A DNA stretch of 62,847 bases, taken from NCBI GenBank assembly GCA_043826565.1, contig JBDRPX010000022.1:1-62847 (forward strand), read 5' to 3'. This document shows, piece after piece, positions 45,376 to 55,984 of the stretch. Numbering within the stretch: the first letter of the stretch is position 1; the number at the start of each line of letters is the position of its first letter. Source of the DNA: Candidatus Omnitrophota bacterium (GTDB lineage: Bacteria > Omnitrophota > Gorgyraeia > B26-G9). The notes below the pieces were generated by a model. That model had not been told where the DNA came from and did not search any database. It saw nothing but the letters and a program-made list of their open reading frames with translations. The translations under genes and the position numbers were made by a program.

Positions 45376-46824
45376 CTATCCTTTGCGCAGGTGCGCAGCC
45401 GGGATTTTTAACGCGTTGCGGTATTTTGTTACTGTTCTTCGGGAAATATGGATCCCTTTTTCAGATAATATCCCCATGATCTGCAAATCACTTAAAGGTG
45501 ATTCCGATGATTCGGTTTTAACCAGCTCATCTATGGTTGCTTTTACTTTTTGGTTGGAAAGATCTCCGCCTTCGGAAGATATTGATTGGCTGAAGAAATT
45601 TTTCAAAGCAAATGTTCCGTAAGGAGTTTGAATATATTTATTAGCCACGGTCCGGCTGATCGTGGAAGGGTGAACCTCAAGTTTTTCCGCGATTTCCTTT
45701 AAGGTTAACGGTTTCATGCTGGCAGTGCCTTTTTCAATAAAATCCTGCTGATAATCAATTATACATCGGGTAACTTTTTCTAAAGTTTGTTCTCTTTGGG
45801 ATATTCCGGAAATGAGATTCTGGGCGTTCTGCATTTTTTCCTTAATGAACTTTAGAGTTTCCGTAGGACAGGATTTATCTTTAAGCATTTTTTTGTATAA
45901 CTGGCTAATGGAAAACTGCGGTAATGATTTGCTGTTTATAGTGATGTCATATCCTGAGCCGGTTTTCTCAAGCAGTATATCCGGTACTATGCGCAAAGCT
46001 ATCTGGCTGAAATTACGGCAGGGTTTGGGGTCTAAACGTCCGATGTTTTCTACGTGCTTTTTTATTTGGGTCAGGGGAATTTTTAATGCCTTACTGATTT
46101 TGGCATATTTCTTGGCGGCAAGTTCCGGAAGAAACTGCTGGATTATTACTGCTTCCGTTGAATTTTCCTTGCCCTGGCGTCTTAACTGAATAATTAAACA
46201 TTCTTTCAGATCTCTTGCGGCGACTCCGGCAGGATCAAGCTCCTGGACCATTTTCAGCACTTCTTCAGTGCGGGCAACTGCGCAGTCCAAGGTTTGGGCG
46301 ATTTCTTCGAGTTTTACGCTCAGGTAACCGTTTTCTTCAATATTGCCGATTAATTGTTCGGCAATTCTCCAATCTTCAGGATTACTGTTAATAATATGAA
46401 ACTGCTGGGTTAATTCATCCTGCAGGGTAGAAGATTTAGTTAGCAGGGACTGCTGATAGTCATGTTTTTCTGAACTAAGATTAGCTTTATTTTTATCCGT
46501 AAAATCAGTACTCCATATATTATCATTACTCATCCATTCCAGTTCTAATTTAGAATCAGCCTGACCCTGTTTTATTTTTTGATCTACGGCCGCGGAGTCA
46601 CTAGCGGAAGAAGAGGGTATTTCCATTGCCGGGATTTCGGTTATTTCCAGGGTATTATCGGGAGTCTGAGATTCTTCGAGTAAAGGGTTTGTGGATATTT
46701 CTTCAGCGATAAGTTCATTTAATTCTATTAGGGGAAGCTGTAAAATATGCATAGACTGCTGCATCTTTACAGACATGATCATTTTTTGTACTTGTTTCTG
46801 CTGCAATCGCTGCTCCAATGCCAT
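45376..46824 (-). CDS. rpoN: RNA polymerase sigma-54 factor
   Basis: N-terminal MALEQRLQQKQVQKMIMS..LQLPLIELNELI (region I). C-terminal HTH and RpoN box ISRRTVTKYRNALKIP. Confidence 0.95.
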   Translation of the reverse strand: MALEQRLQQKQVQKMIMSVKMQQSMHILQLPLIELNELIAEEISTNPLLEESQTPDNTLEITEIPAMEIPSSSASDSAAVDQKIKQGQADSKLELEWMSNDNIWSTDFTDKNKANLSSEKHDYQQSLLTKSSTLQDELTQQFHIINSNPEDWRIAEQLIGNIEENGYLSVKLEEIAQTLDCAVARTEEVLKMVQELDPAGVAARDLKECLIIQLRRQGKENSTEAVIIQQFLPELAAKKYAKISKALKIPLTQIKKHVENIGRLDPKPCRNFSQIALRIVPDILLEKTGSGYDITINSKSLPQFSISQLYKKMLKDKSCPTETLKFIKEKMQNAQNLISGISQREQTLEKVTRCIIDYQQDFIEKGTASMKPLTLKEIAEKLEVHPSTISRTVANKYIQTPYGTFALKNFFSQSISSEGGDLSNQKVKATIDELVKTESSESPLSDLQIMGILSEKGIHISRRTVTKYRNALKIPAAHLRKG

Positions 46825-46846
46825 AAGTTGACTCCTTTCAATGATA

Positions 46847-46875
46847 ATTATAGCTTAAGTTGAATTTTAAATCAA
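46847..46875 (-). promoter_or_regulatory. candidate sigma70 promoter for rpoN (TTGATT-17-TATAAT on the minus strand)
   Basis: The plus-strand sequence ATTATA at 46847-46852 and AATCAA at 46870-46875 correspond to the -10 and -35 on the minus strand. AAAGGAG RBS downstream. Confidence 0.45.
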
Positions 46876-46894
46876 GATATAGTAAACCCAAAAG

Positions 46895-46981
46895 ATCGAA
46901 AATTGAGTATTGAGAATTGAATGTTGTAAACTGTTTAAATATTTTCCAATTTTCTACTTTCAACTTTCAACCCTCATTTTT
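46895..46981. repeat. two oppositely oriented 7-nt phased arrays (ATTGAGN x5; CAACTTT-type x5)
   Basis: 46895-46929: ATCGAAA ATTGAGT ATTGAGA ATTGAAT GTTGTAA. 46947-46981: CAATTTT CTACTTT CAACTTT CAACCCT CATTTTT. Read in a shifted phase, both are NNNNTTG words on opposite strands. Confidence 0.8.
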
Positions 46982-47044
46982 ATAAAGTAATTCTGATGTT
47001 TTGCTTATGGTAAAACCGCGCAAGTTGTGTTATATTATAACTTA

Positions 47045-48457
47045 ATGAAAAAGATACTTTTGCTTAATCCACCGGGTAAATATCCTTATCTGCGCGATCA
47101 GTACTGCAGTTCCGCGGCCAAGGCAGGGTATTATTGGCCGGCTGTGGATTTGCTGGTTTTAAGCGGTATTCTAAGCCCGCATTTTGAGCTAAAAGTACTT
47201 GATGCAATTGTCGAAAAATCAAATTTGGGTGATGTTCTCGATATATTACAGAAAGATAAATATTCAGCGGTTATTTCTCTGGCTTCTTCGGCTAGTAAAG
47301 ACGAAGACTTTGAGCTGTTTAAACAAATCAAATTTCAACTAAATATACCGGTTATAGCAAACGGTGGTTTTTTACGTCTTAACCCCCAGGGCTATCTTCA
47401 AAATTTTAAATTTCTGGAAGCGGTTATTACCGATTATACCCAAGCCGGAATAGTAGATTTTCTAAACGGTCAAACTGTTGATCTTGAGGGTATTTGTATT
47501 CGCGGTGGTCAGGAAGTTAAGGGCAGTTATGATCCGCAAAAATATTTTTCTTATCCGGTACCCCGGCATGATCTATTTCCTTTAGAAAAGTATTTCACTC
47601 CCCAGTCTAAAGGGAGGAAGTTTTCCAGTGTTTTAACTTCTTATGGATGTTCATATAATTGCCGATTTTGCGCAAGTGCGAAAATTGAATATAAACTAAG
47701 GGATATCCCGAACCTTATTCAAGAACTTAAGAGCTTGACCAAGCTTGGTGTAAAAGAAATACATTTTCCTGATTTTACATTTACGGCAAATCGCTTGCAC
47801 TGTTTTAAGGTGTGCGAAACGATAATCAGGGAAAGACTGAATATTAGTTGGGATTGTCTTACCCGGTCGGATTGTTTTGATGAGCAGCTTCTGCGGTCTA
47901 TGAAAAAAGCCGGGTGCCACACTATTCAGGCCGGAGTAGAAACAAAAAACGAAAATGTTCTCAAAAATATGGGTAAGTATATTAGTAATAGCACTGTCCG
48001 CCAGGCTTTTGCTCTATGTCGAAAACATGAAATTGAAACAATAGGTTTTTTTATTATCGGATTGCCTGGAGAAGATAAAAAAAGTATTAAGCAGACAATA
48101 AAGTTTGCGAAGGAATTAAATTGTGATTATGCTTCGTTTTCCGTATTTGTGCCGGATTTCGGCAGTGATATCCGCCAAGAATTAGTCGCGGCTAATCCGC
48201 AGGTTGAATGGATATATGATTTTGACCGTACGAAATTTCCGGTTATTTCTAATGGATTTTTAAGCCCGAAGCAGATATGGAGTTTGCGTAATAAGGCGAT
48301 ACGGGATTTTTATTTTAGGTGGAGCTATGTTTGGAAGCGGTTAAGAGGCATTACTAATTTTAAAGCTCTCATAAATGCATTTAAAATATTTTGGTCGCTG
48401 TTTTATGATCAAATAAATGTTTGCGGGTCTCGCTACTTTAAAGGGGGGCAGTCATGA
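47045..48457 (+). CDS. B12-binding-domain radical SAM protein (paralog 2)
   Basis: MKKILLLNPPG N-terminus and SYGCSYNCRFCAS (CX3CX2C). The track ORF starts at GTG 47027. Confidence 0.85.
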   Translation: MKKILLLNPPGKYPYLRDQYCSSAAKAGYYWPAVDLLVLSGILSPHFELKVLDAIVEKSNLGDVLDILQKDKYSAVISLASSASKDEDFELFKQIKFQLNIPVIANGGFLRLNPQGYLQNFKFLEAVITDYTQAGIVDFLNGQTVDLEGICIRGGQEVKGSYDPQKYFSYPVPRHDLFPLEKYFTPQSKGRKFSSVLTSYGCSYNCRFCASAKIEYKLRDIPNLIQELKSLTKLGVKEIHFPDFTFTANRLHCFKVCETIIRERLNISWDCLTRSDCFDEQLLRSMKKAGCHTIQAGVETKNENVLKNMGKYISNSTVRQAFALCRKHEIETIGFFIIGLPGEDKKSIKQTIKFAKELNCDYASFSVFVPDFGSDIRQELVAANPQVEWIYDFDRTKFPVISNGFLSPKQIWSLRNKAIRDFYFRWSYVWKRLRGITNFKALINAFKIFWSLFYDQINVCGSRYFKGGQS

Positions 48458-49704
48458 AAATAGCGGTTATCGGAGCGGGATTCAGTGGTTTGCTTACCGC
48501 ATATTATCTGACCGGCAGGGCTGATGTTACGGTGTATGAAAAAGAAACATATACCGGAGGCCTGATCTCCGGGATTGAGTATGAAGGGGCAAGGATTGAC
48601 AAGTATAATTTGTTTCTAAGCCGAAATGATCGGGAGCTTATCGGACTGGTCAATGACCTGGGGCTTGAAGATGAACTTCTCTGGGCTGATGTTAATCAGG
48701 CTAAGATAATGGATAGTTGTTTTTTTCGGATGAGCATGCCTTGGGATATATTTTCTTTTTCTAATTTAAACTTTGCGCAAAAGTGTATGCTGGGGAGATT
48801 TATTCTGAAGAATAAGCTGATTAAGAACGCGGATTCATTGCGGGAAACCAAAGTGAAGGATTGGATAATAAATGAGTGCGGAGAAAAGATCTTTGAAGTT
48901 TTTTTTGAACCGCTTTTAAAATTTAAATTTGGTGAGTTTAATGATGTCAGCGCGGCTTATTTATGGGCTCGCTTTAATGAAGAAAAGAGAAACCGGATCG
49001 GATATTTTCGCAATGGGACAAGTTTGCTGACGTGTGCGCTTGAAGATACGATTAAAAGAGCCGGGGAAAAGGTTATCCTGGGAAAACCGGTTAATGAAAT
49101 AATCTTAGAAGATAATAAATGCCGGGTTATTACCGGAAGACAGGATGAATGCTATGACGCGGTGATTTCCTGTATCCCGGCAAATGAAACCGCGTTTTTG
49201 TGCCGGCAATGCCGGGAGCTTGAACCGCTGAAAAAACTGGAGTATTTATCAGTCGGTTCTTTTCTTATTGTCTTATCACAACCTTTAAAACCCGGTTATT
49301 GGCTGTTTACTGTGGAAGATAAAAACAATGGCGGCTTAAATGTGGTGGTGGATACTTCCGCGGTTAATGGCCGGAATATTATTTATTTTCCGGTATATCG
49401 AAGACAAAAGCCCGGACAGATGATCGATGAGGATGAGATCTTTCAGCAATGCCTGAAAGCGCTTAAGCGGATTAATCCGGAATTCTCGAAAGAATGGATT
49501 AAAGATAAATTCTTTTTTACTAACAGTAGTGTCGAGCCGGTATTAAGTTCTGAATTTTTCGAACAATTAACCGGTTCCGGCAAAAAAGGTATTTATATTC
49601 AGGAGATGGCGGCGCATCCGGATTTACTTAAGACGCTTAATACCGCGGTAATTAAAAGCAAGATCATCGCGAATAAAGTTTTGGCTCAAGGAAAGGTGAG
49701 TTAA
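48454..49704 (+). CDS. NAD(P)/FAD-dependent oxidoreductase (amine oxidase / protoporphyrinogen oxidase-like fold)
   Basis: KIAVIGAGFSGLLTAYYL dinucleotide-binding motif followed by VTVYEKETYTGG. ATGA overlap with the upstream radical SAM gene. Confidence 0.75.
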   Translation: MKIAVIGAGFSGLLTAYYLTGRADVTVYEKETYTGGLISGIEYEGARIDKYNLFLSRNDRELIGLVNDLGLEDELLWADVNQAKIMDSCFFRMSMPWDIFSFSNLNFAQKCMLGRFILKNKLIKNADSLRETKVKDWIINECGEKIFEVFFEPLLKFKFGEFNDVSAAYLWARFNEEKRNRIGYFRNGTSLLTCALEDTIKRAGEKVILGKPVNEIILEDNKCRVITGRQDECYDAVISCIPANETAFLCRQCRELEPLKKLEYLSVGSFLIVLSQPLKPGYWLFTVEDKNNGGLNVVVDTSAVNGRNIIYFPVYRRQKPGQMIDEDEIFQQCLKALKRINPEFSKEWIKDKFFFTNSSVEPVLSSEFFEQLTGSGKKGIYIQEMAAHPDLLKTLNTAVIKSKIIANKVLAQGKVS

Positions 49705-49706
49705 CG

Positions 49707-50609
49707 ATGTACGGAACCGTGCAGGTAGATTTAGACGGATTATGGACATACTGCCGGTACTTAGGCCGGGAAGTATCTCCGGAAAAAACCGATCCGGTTT
49801 ACACGGAAGGCCTTGTGCGTTTTCTTGAGCTTTTTAATAAATACAATATAAAAGCGACTTTTTTTATTGTCGGTAAAGACGCGCATAATCCCGTACACCG
49901 GGTATTGATCGAACAAATAGCCGGACAGGGACATGAAATAGCTAATCATACCATGACTCATCCGGAACGTTTTAGCTGTCTTTCGGAAAATGAAATCAAC
50001 AAGGAAATATCCCTGTGTTCGGATGTATTGCAAAAGATCAGCGGCCAGGAACCCGCGGGCTTCCGGGCGCCGACCTTCGGGGTGAATGAGAAAGTGCTTT
50101 CGGTGCTTTCGGATCGAGGTTATACCTATGATTCTTCCTTAGTCCCGTCCGGGATTTTACCTTTAATTATGGATGCCGCGCATTCGTTTTGGCGTAAGCG
50201 GATCATGAGTGTTCGGGCCGGACGATTAAGTTTCGGCCTGGCGCCTTTAGATATCTACCGGCCGCAAAAAAAAGTTCTTTGGAAAAGGGGACAGAACAGA
50301 TTAGTGGAAGTGCCGGTTTCGGTTATTCCGGGGCTGCGTTTGCCGATGCATAGTTCTTATGTTTTTTTGTTCGGTTTGAAGTATTTTGAATACGGGTTGA
50401 AAAAAATGCGAAAAGCTAATGTATCAATGAATTATTTATTTCATGGAATTGACCTGGTGGATCTTAGTACGCAGGATTTGAGATTGCCCGGAGCTAAACC
50501 GGTTAAAGACAGAATAATTTTGTGTGAACAGATTTTAAAAAAATTGCGGTTAGCGTTTGATCTAATGACCACAAAAAAACTGGTAACTAGGAGTGAGAAG
50601 AAAATATGA
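49707..50609 (+). CDS. polysaccharide deacetylase family protein (NodB homology)
   Basis: VDLDG, KATFFIVGKDA and GHEIANHTMTHP motifs. Confidence 0.8.
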   Translation: MYGTVQVDLDGLWTYCRYLGREVSPEKTDPVYTEGLVRFLELFNKYNIKATFFIVGKDAHNPVHRVLIEQIAGQGHEIANHTMTHPERFSCLSENEINKEISLCSDVLQKISGQEPAGFRAPTFGVNEKVLSVLSDRGYTYDSSLVPSGILPLIMDAAHSFWRKRIMSVRAGRLSFGLAPLDIYRPQKKVLWKRGQNRLVEVPVSVIPGLRLPMHSSYVFLFGLKYFEYGLKKMRKANVSMNYLFHGIDLVDLSTQDLRLPGAKPVKDRIILCEQILKKLRLAFDLMTTKKLVTRSEKKI

Positions 50610-51343
50610 TTTATGTGCTTTTGCCCGCGTATAATGAGGCTAAAAACATTAAGGCTCTCGTTTCTAAGATCAAGGAGGTTTTGACTAAAGAGCGTGAAAA
50701 GTTTTGTATTGTTATTGTTAATGACGGGAGTACGGATAATACCCAGGAGATTCTAAGAGAAACAGCGCTGAATATGCCGGAGCTTAAGGTGATTAACTTT
50801 GCGCAGAATAAAGGTGTGGGCGCGGTCTTTCGTGAGGGTATTGATCATATTTGCTCTCTGGCTAAAGATATTGATGTTATTATTTCGCTTGATTGCGATC
50901 TGAGCCATTCACCGGATGCTTTTCCCGGTGTGATCAAAGCCATAAAAGCCGGAAATGATATTGTTGTCGCGTCGCGTTATCATCGGATGAGTTCGACGGT
51001 CGATCTTCCGTTCAAACGGGAATTTTTAAGTAATAGTATAAATTTGCTTTTAAAGGTGATTTTTCCCATACCGGGGGTAAAAGACTATACGACTTTTTTC
51101 CGCGCTTACCGGGTAAGAATATTGAAAAAGGCGAAAGAGTTTTACCAAGACAGGTTTATCCGGCAGAAAGGATTTCCCGCGATGGCGGAGATTCTGATCA
51201 AATTAAGAAGGTTTAAACCTAAAGCTGATGAGGTAGCGATGTCCTTACGGTTTGATCTGCGTACGGGGGAAAGTAAGATGAATAAATTGGAAACAGTCAT
51301 TGATTATTTGAAGTTGATCGCTAGGTGCGCTTTTCGAAAATAA
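50606..51343 (+). CDS. GT2 polyprenyl-phosphate glycosyltransferase-like (DPM1/ArnC/GtrB-type catalytic domain, no TM)
   Basis: VLLPAYNEAKNI, VIVNDGSTDNT, ISLDCDLSH (DxD). 245 aa. ATGA overlap with the deacetylase gene. Confidence 0.8.
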   Translation: MIYVLLPAYNEAKNIKALVSKIKEVLTKEREKFCIVIVNDGSTDNTQEILRETALNMPELKVINFAQNKGVGAVFREGIDHICSLAKDIDVIISLDCDLSHSPDAFPGVIKAIKAGNDIVVASRYHRMSSTVDLPFKREFLSNSINLLLKVIFPIPGVKDYTTFFRAYRVRILKKAKEFYQDRFIRQKGFPAMAEILIKLRRFKPKADEVAMSLRFDLRTGESKMNKLETVIDYLKLIARCAFRK

Positions 51344-52739
51344 GATAAGAGAGCAGGTAGACCCCCAGTTTCCCCAGATGCAGCAGTTCTCTGGGATTTA
51401 AAGCCTTCTTTAAGATCCAGCCCAAAAATGACAAACTTAATATATAGCGCAGATAAATTTTTTTTTGAAATTTAGTTAGATCAGCTGCTTTAATATATTT
51501 CGTGCCCCACTGGGGAGTAGAGTGCATAAAGTTGAATTTTGACCAGTCGAGGTCTGTAATCATACCTTCTTTTTTCATTATGGAATAGATCTCTGTTCCC
51601 GGATAAGGACAGATTATGCCTAATTGAAAGATATCCGGTTTTATCTCGCGGAGCAGTTCTTCGGTCATTTTTATATCTTCAATTTTTTCTTCCGGATGAG
51701 TACCCAGAATAAAAAAAGCGCAGGCGACGATCTTTGCTTTATGGGTTAGCGCAAAAGCTTTTTTTACCTGCTCTAGGGTGATATTTTTTTTCATAAGTTT
51801 AAGCATTTTCGGACTGCCGGATTCTACGCCGTAAGCAATTTTTAAACAGCCGCAAGCTGCCATCTTTTTAATGAATTCTTCGTCGACAAAACTGACTTTT
51901 GTCTGGCAATCCCAGGTGAGTTTTAATTTTTTTAATCCATCGCAGATCGCGAACAGTCTTTTTCTGTCTAAAGTAAAGTTAGTATCCTCAAAAGTAATAT
52001 GGTTGTAACCATATTTTTCTTTACACTCACTTAATTCCCGGATAACGTTTTCCGCGCTGCGAAAACGTACGGTTGGCCCGGAGGTTTTTTTTACCGAGCA
52101 AAAAGTACAGTCTTGCGAACAGCCCCGGGAGGTGAACAGAACCGTAGACTTTTTCCCGGACATATTAATGCCCGCGGCATAAATATTTTTATAGAGACTG
52201 CGGTTTAATAATGAACGGTCGGGGAACGGCAGGGAATCTAAATCACTGATTGCTAAGCCGGGCTTATTTACTAAGACAGTATTATCTTTTTTATAAACAA
52301 TGCCGGGGATATTTTCCAAAGGTTTATTTTCCTTAAGATGCCGGCAGAGAGCCAGAAGGGAAATTTCTCCTTCGCCAATAATACCGAAATCAAATTCCGG
52401 AAAACTTTGCAGGGTATCTTCGGGTAAAGCGGATATATGCGGGCCGCCGCAGATGGTTTTAATTTCCGGGTTTACTTTTTTTATTAATTGCGCTACGTTT
52501 GAGGCATTATGGACTGTCGGGGTCATAAAGGTGATTCCGGCTAGGGAAATATCCTGATCTTTGATTTTTTGCCGGATGATTACTTCCGTGCAAGGTTCAA
52601 CTTCAAAGTCCCAAATGAATACTTTAAAGCCGTTATTTTGAAGATAAGCAGACAGGTAGAGTAGATTTATGGGTTCCTGAATAAGTATCTTTTCAAAAGC
52701 ACCGCTGATCTTGGGAGGCCGAATTAATGCGATATTCAT
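51321..52739 (-). CDS. B12-binding-domain radical SAM protein (paralog 3)
   Basis: MNIALIRPP N-terminus, CGGPHISALPE, SRGCSQDCTFCSV. Its 3' end overlaps the convergent GT2 gene by 23 nt. Confidence 0.85.
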   Translation of the reverse strand: MNIALIRPPKISGAFEKILIQEPINLLYLSAYLQNNGFKVFIWDFEVEPCTEVIIRQKIKDQDISLAGITFMTPTVHNASNVAQLIKKVNPEIKTICGGPHISALPEDTLQSFPEFDFGIIGEGEISLLALCRHLKENKPLENIPGIVYKKDNTVLVNKPGLAISDLDSLPFPDRSLLNRSLYKNIYAAGINMSGKKSTVLFTSRGCSQDCTFCSVKKTSGPTVRFRSAENVIRELSECKEKYGYNHITFEDTNFTLDRKRLFAICDGLKKLKLTWDCQTKVSFVDEEFIKKMAACGCLKIAYGVESGSPKMLKLMKKNITLEQVKKAFALTHKAKIVACAFFILGTHPEEKIEDIKMTEELLREIKPDIFQLGIICPYPGTEIYSIMKKEGMITDLDWSKFNFMHSTPQWGTKYIKAADLTKFQKKIYLRYILSLSFLGWILKKALNPRELLHLGKLGVYLLSYLIFEKRT

Positions 52740-52922
52740 ATCTTAGTTTAATGTAGATAATAAGTTATGGTTTTATATATAGTTGTATCTGCTTTGATAT
52801 TGTGATAAAATCTAGTAGACTTTTATTCATATGTTACTATTAATTTATGGATAAGTCAACGTTGGGGGTATTTGATAAAATAACGCTAACTTTAGAGAAT
52901 AAATCAAATTAGGACAAATTTC

Positions 52923-54422
52923 TTGAGAATATTACTGTTAAATCCCATTGATATAAATGTTGCTTGGCCGGTTAAAAATGATTTTGCCAAATATCTTTTC
53001 TGCAATCCTGGCGTTACTTTCCCTCTTTTGAGCGCGTTAATCCCCAAAAAGCATGAAGTTTTCTTTTTTGATGGTTTTTTTTATCAAATCAGTATCAAGA
53101 AATACAAAGCTTTGATAAAACAATATGATATTATTTTCCTGAGTATTGTTGATTCTTTGGTTTCTTTGAATTATGAAATAACCATAAAATTAATAAAAAA
53201 ACTCTATCCGGAAAAAATAATTATTGCCGGGGGAATACATGCTAACATTTATGCAAAAGATTGGCTGCAAAAAGGGGTCGACATTATTGTGAAAGGAGAA
53301 GCTGAAAAGAGTTTAGCAAAACTAATTGAAGCTATAGAGCAAAAAAGTTCTTGGCGGGAAATTAATGGGTTGATGTATTTGGAAAATAACATGATTAAAG
53401 AAACTGCCTCTTTTGGATTGTTGGATAATCTTGATGATTCGCCAATGCCTAATTGGGATATTGTGAATTTTAAATTATACAATTTAATGTTTAGAAAAGA
53501 AGGATATACCGCGGCTTTGGAAACTTCGCGGGGATGTATTAATGGTTGTAATTTTTGTTTAGTGAATTCATTTTGGGGAAAGAAACAGAGATATAAATCA
53601 ATACCACGCGTTTTAGAGGAATTGAAAGTTTTAAAGCGCTATGGTGTTTCTCAATTTGCTTTGCTTGATGATGGTTTTGCGAATGATGTTAATCGCGATG
53701 CGCAGCTTTTAGAAGCAATGTTAAGTGCGGGGCTGGATTTTAATTGGGGTGGTTTTTTAAGAATTGATACTATTATTGAGCATCCAGAGTTTGTTGATTT
53801 GGCCGCAAAGAGTGGTTTAAAACGGGTCGTTATCGGGTTTGAGCATACTAATGCCGATGTTTTGAATCGAATTAATAAAGGATTGAGTACTGTTATTGGC
53901 GATGAGCAATATGCTAAAGCTGTGGATGTATTAAAAAAGAATAATATATTCGCTGTAGGGCTTTTTATCTCGGGGTATCCCGGGCTTAAAAAGGATGAAA
54001 AACTTAAGTATAGTAAGGCTAGGAAATATTGTACAGACGCTCGGGCCGGTAATTATAAGGCTTTGCCCAGTACTTTTGGCTATAATAATATTTCCCGGGA
54101 TTTTGAGATCGAGGATATGTTTTATCATGACGCCAGATTGACATCTTCACCGCAAGCTTCCAAAGAACATTTTATCTTCAATCTCTTGGCTACATTAGAT
54201 CCGATTAAATACCTGCTTTTATTTGATCATCGTTATCACTTCCGTGAGTATTTTTATAAAAGTCTTTTACTGCTTTTTAAACAAATGTTTAATTTTAATT
54301 TGTCTAAAATTAGAGAGTTTATAGTTATGAAATTTTCAAAAAGGCCTATTAAAGAGAAGAAGCAGTACTTAATAAAAAAATATTTGTCAGATGAGTTTAT
54401 TAATCGGCTAATTGCAAAATAA
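52923..54422 (+). CDS. B12-binding-domain radical SAM protein (paralog 4)
   Basis: TTG start. RILLLNP, AGGIHANIY, SRGCINGCNFCLV. Confidence 0.8.
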   Translation: MRILLLNPIDINVAWPVKNDFAKYLFCNPGVTFPLLSALIPKKHEVFFFDGFFYQISIKKYKALIKQYDIIFLSIVDSLVSLNYEITIKLIKKLYPEKIIIAGGIHANIYAKDWLQKGVDIIVKGEAEKSLAKLIEAIEQKSSWREINGLMYLENNMIKETASFGLLDNLDDSPMPNWDIVNFKLYNLMFRKEGYTAALETSRGCINGCNFCLVNSFWGKKQRYKSIPRVLEELKVLKRYGVSQFALLDDGFANDVNRDAQLLEAMLSAGLDFNWGGFLRIDTIIEHPEFVDLAAKSGLKRVVIGFEHTNADVLNRINKGLSTVIGDEQYAKAVDVLKKNNIFAVGLFISGYPGLKKDEKLKYSKARKYCTDARAGNYKALPSTFGYNNISRDFEIEDMFYHDARLTSSPQASKEHFIFNLLATLDPIKYLLLFDHRYHFREYFYKSLLLLFKQMFNFNLSKIREFIVMKFSKRPIKEKKQYLIKKYLSDEFINRLIAK

Positions 54423-54441
54423 ATCTAAAGTGTTTTCTATT

Positions 54442-55920
54442 ATGAGTAATAAAGCAAATGTAGTTTTGATTTATCCTAAAATCGGGGGGCCGTTTGTTAA
54501 TCTCCGTAAAAAGAGGCCGATGCCTCTGGGATTATTAAATGCCTCGGTATATTTAGTTGATGATTATGAGGTCAAAATATTTGATCAAGCCATACATCCT
54601 GACTGGAAACAAGCTCTTAAGAATATAATCAATTCCAATACTTTGATCGTGGGCATTCATGCCATGGCGGGATATCAGCTTCTGCATGCTTTAGAGGTAT
54701 CCGAATTTGTAAAATCCAGTTGGAATGTGCCGATAATTTGGGGAGGTGTGCACCCATCATTAATCCCGGAAACAGTTTTAAAAGAACCTGTTGTTGATTA
54801 TGTTTGCGTCGGAGAAGGGGAAAAGACCTTCCCGGAGTTGGTAAAAGCAATCCAGTTTAAAAAAGATATAAGTTCTGTTAAAGGGCTTTATTATCGAGAA
54901 AACAATAAGAATATTTTTACTGGAGAGCGGGAGTTAGTTAATTTAAATGATCTTCCGGAATTGCCATATCATTTGCTCTCAGTTTCTGATTACAATGTCA
55001 GCGGAGGGACGAGATTCGATGAAAACGAAATGAAACTAACTATCGAAACATCCCGCGGTTGTCCTAACGATTGCATTTTTTGTTACAATCCCGTATTTAA
55101 TAAACGAAAATGGCGGGCTCAGGACGCAAACAGGGTCGTTGAGCGCATTGAGTACTTAGTAAAAAATTATCGCGTGACTTATTTAGATTTTATTGACGAT
55201 GCTTTTTTTACAGATTTAGGCCGGGTGGAAAAAATTGCGAAAGCATTAATCGCTAAGAAAATCAATATCAAGTGGTTTTTGCAGGGAGTCGATATCCATA
55301 AGCTGATGCAGGCCGATGACGCTTATTTAGGCCTATTGGATAAAGCCGGCTGCCGCGTAATGCGCATGGGAGCAGAATCCGGGTCGGCCAGGCTCCTTAA
55401 CCAAATGCGGAAGAAAAGCTCCATTGATGAGGTAATTAATGTCAATAAGCGATTGCGAAATACAAACATTGTTTGCTATTACTATTTTACAATTGGTATG
55501 CCTGGTGAAACAGAATCTGATTTAAAAAAGACGGTGGATTTAATGCTAACTCTGCTAGCGGATAATCCCAAGGCCCGAATAGTGTCGGCTTTTTGTTTAA
55601 CTCCTCAGCCGGGTACTCGTTTGCTTAAAGAAGCCCAAAAAGAAGGTTTTTCTTTGCCTAAGTCAGTGAAAGAATGGGCTAAAATTGACGGGACGACGAT
55701 TATCACTCCCTGGTTTGATGATCAGATGAAAAAAAAGCTGAATTTTCTTTTTTTTACAAGCTTATTTATTGATAAAAAAAACCAGGATATTGTTGATTCA
55801 GCTCTTGTTAGATTTTTATGCTTTCTTTATCGTCCGGTCGCCTTATATCGTACTAAGCATCTTAATTTTAAATTCCCGCTGGAATTTGCTATGTTTAACT
55901 TGCTTAAGAAGATGTTTTAA
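54442..55920 (+). CDS. B12-binding-domain radical SAM protein (paralog 5)
   Basis: MSNKANVVLIYPK, WGGVHPSLIPE, SRGCPNDCIFCYN. The track ORF starts at 54412. Confidence 0.85.
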   Translation: MSNKANVVLIYPKIGGPFVNLRKKRPMPLGLLNASVYLVDDYEVKIFDQAIHPDWKQALKNIINSNTLIVGIHAMAGYQLLHALEVSEFVKSSWNVPIIWGGVHPSLIPETVLKEPVVDYVCVGEGEKTFPELVKAIQFKKDISSVKGLYYRENNKNIFTGERELVNLNDLPELPYHLLSVSDYNVSGGTRFDENEMKLTIETSRGCPNDCIFCYNPVFNKRKWRAQDANRVVERIEYLVKNYRVTYLDFIDDAFFTDLGRVEKIAKALIAKKINIKWFLQGVDIHKLMQADDAYLGLLDKAGCRVMRMGAESGSARLLNQMRKKSSIDEVINVNKRLRNTNIVCYYYFTIGMPGETESDLKKTVDLMLTLLADNPKARIVSAFCLTPQPGTRLLKEAQKEGFSLPKSVKEWAKIDGTTIITPWFDDQMKKKLNFLFFTSLFIDKKNQDIVDSALVRFLCFLYRPVALYRTKHLNFKFPLEFAMFNLLKKMF

Positions 55921-55984
55921 AGGCAAAAGACTTGATATGAGAATAAATTAAATATGAAGAGATGCACGGATTGGAGAAAAATGC

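Noticed and set aside
52847-52912. 21-aa ORF (MDKSTLGVFDKITLTLENKSN) in the divergent region between two radical SAM genes, considered as a RiPP precursor
   Set aside because: There is no RBS, no Cys/Ser/Thr-rich core or leader-like features, and nothing else RiPP-like (protease, transporter) nearby. It is kept only as something to exclude formally.
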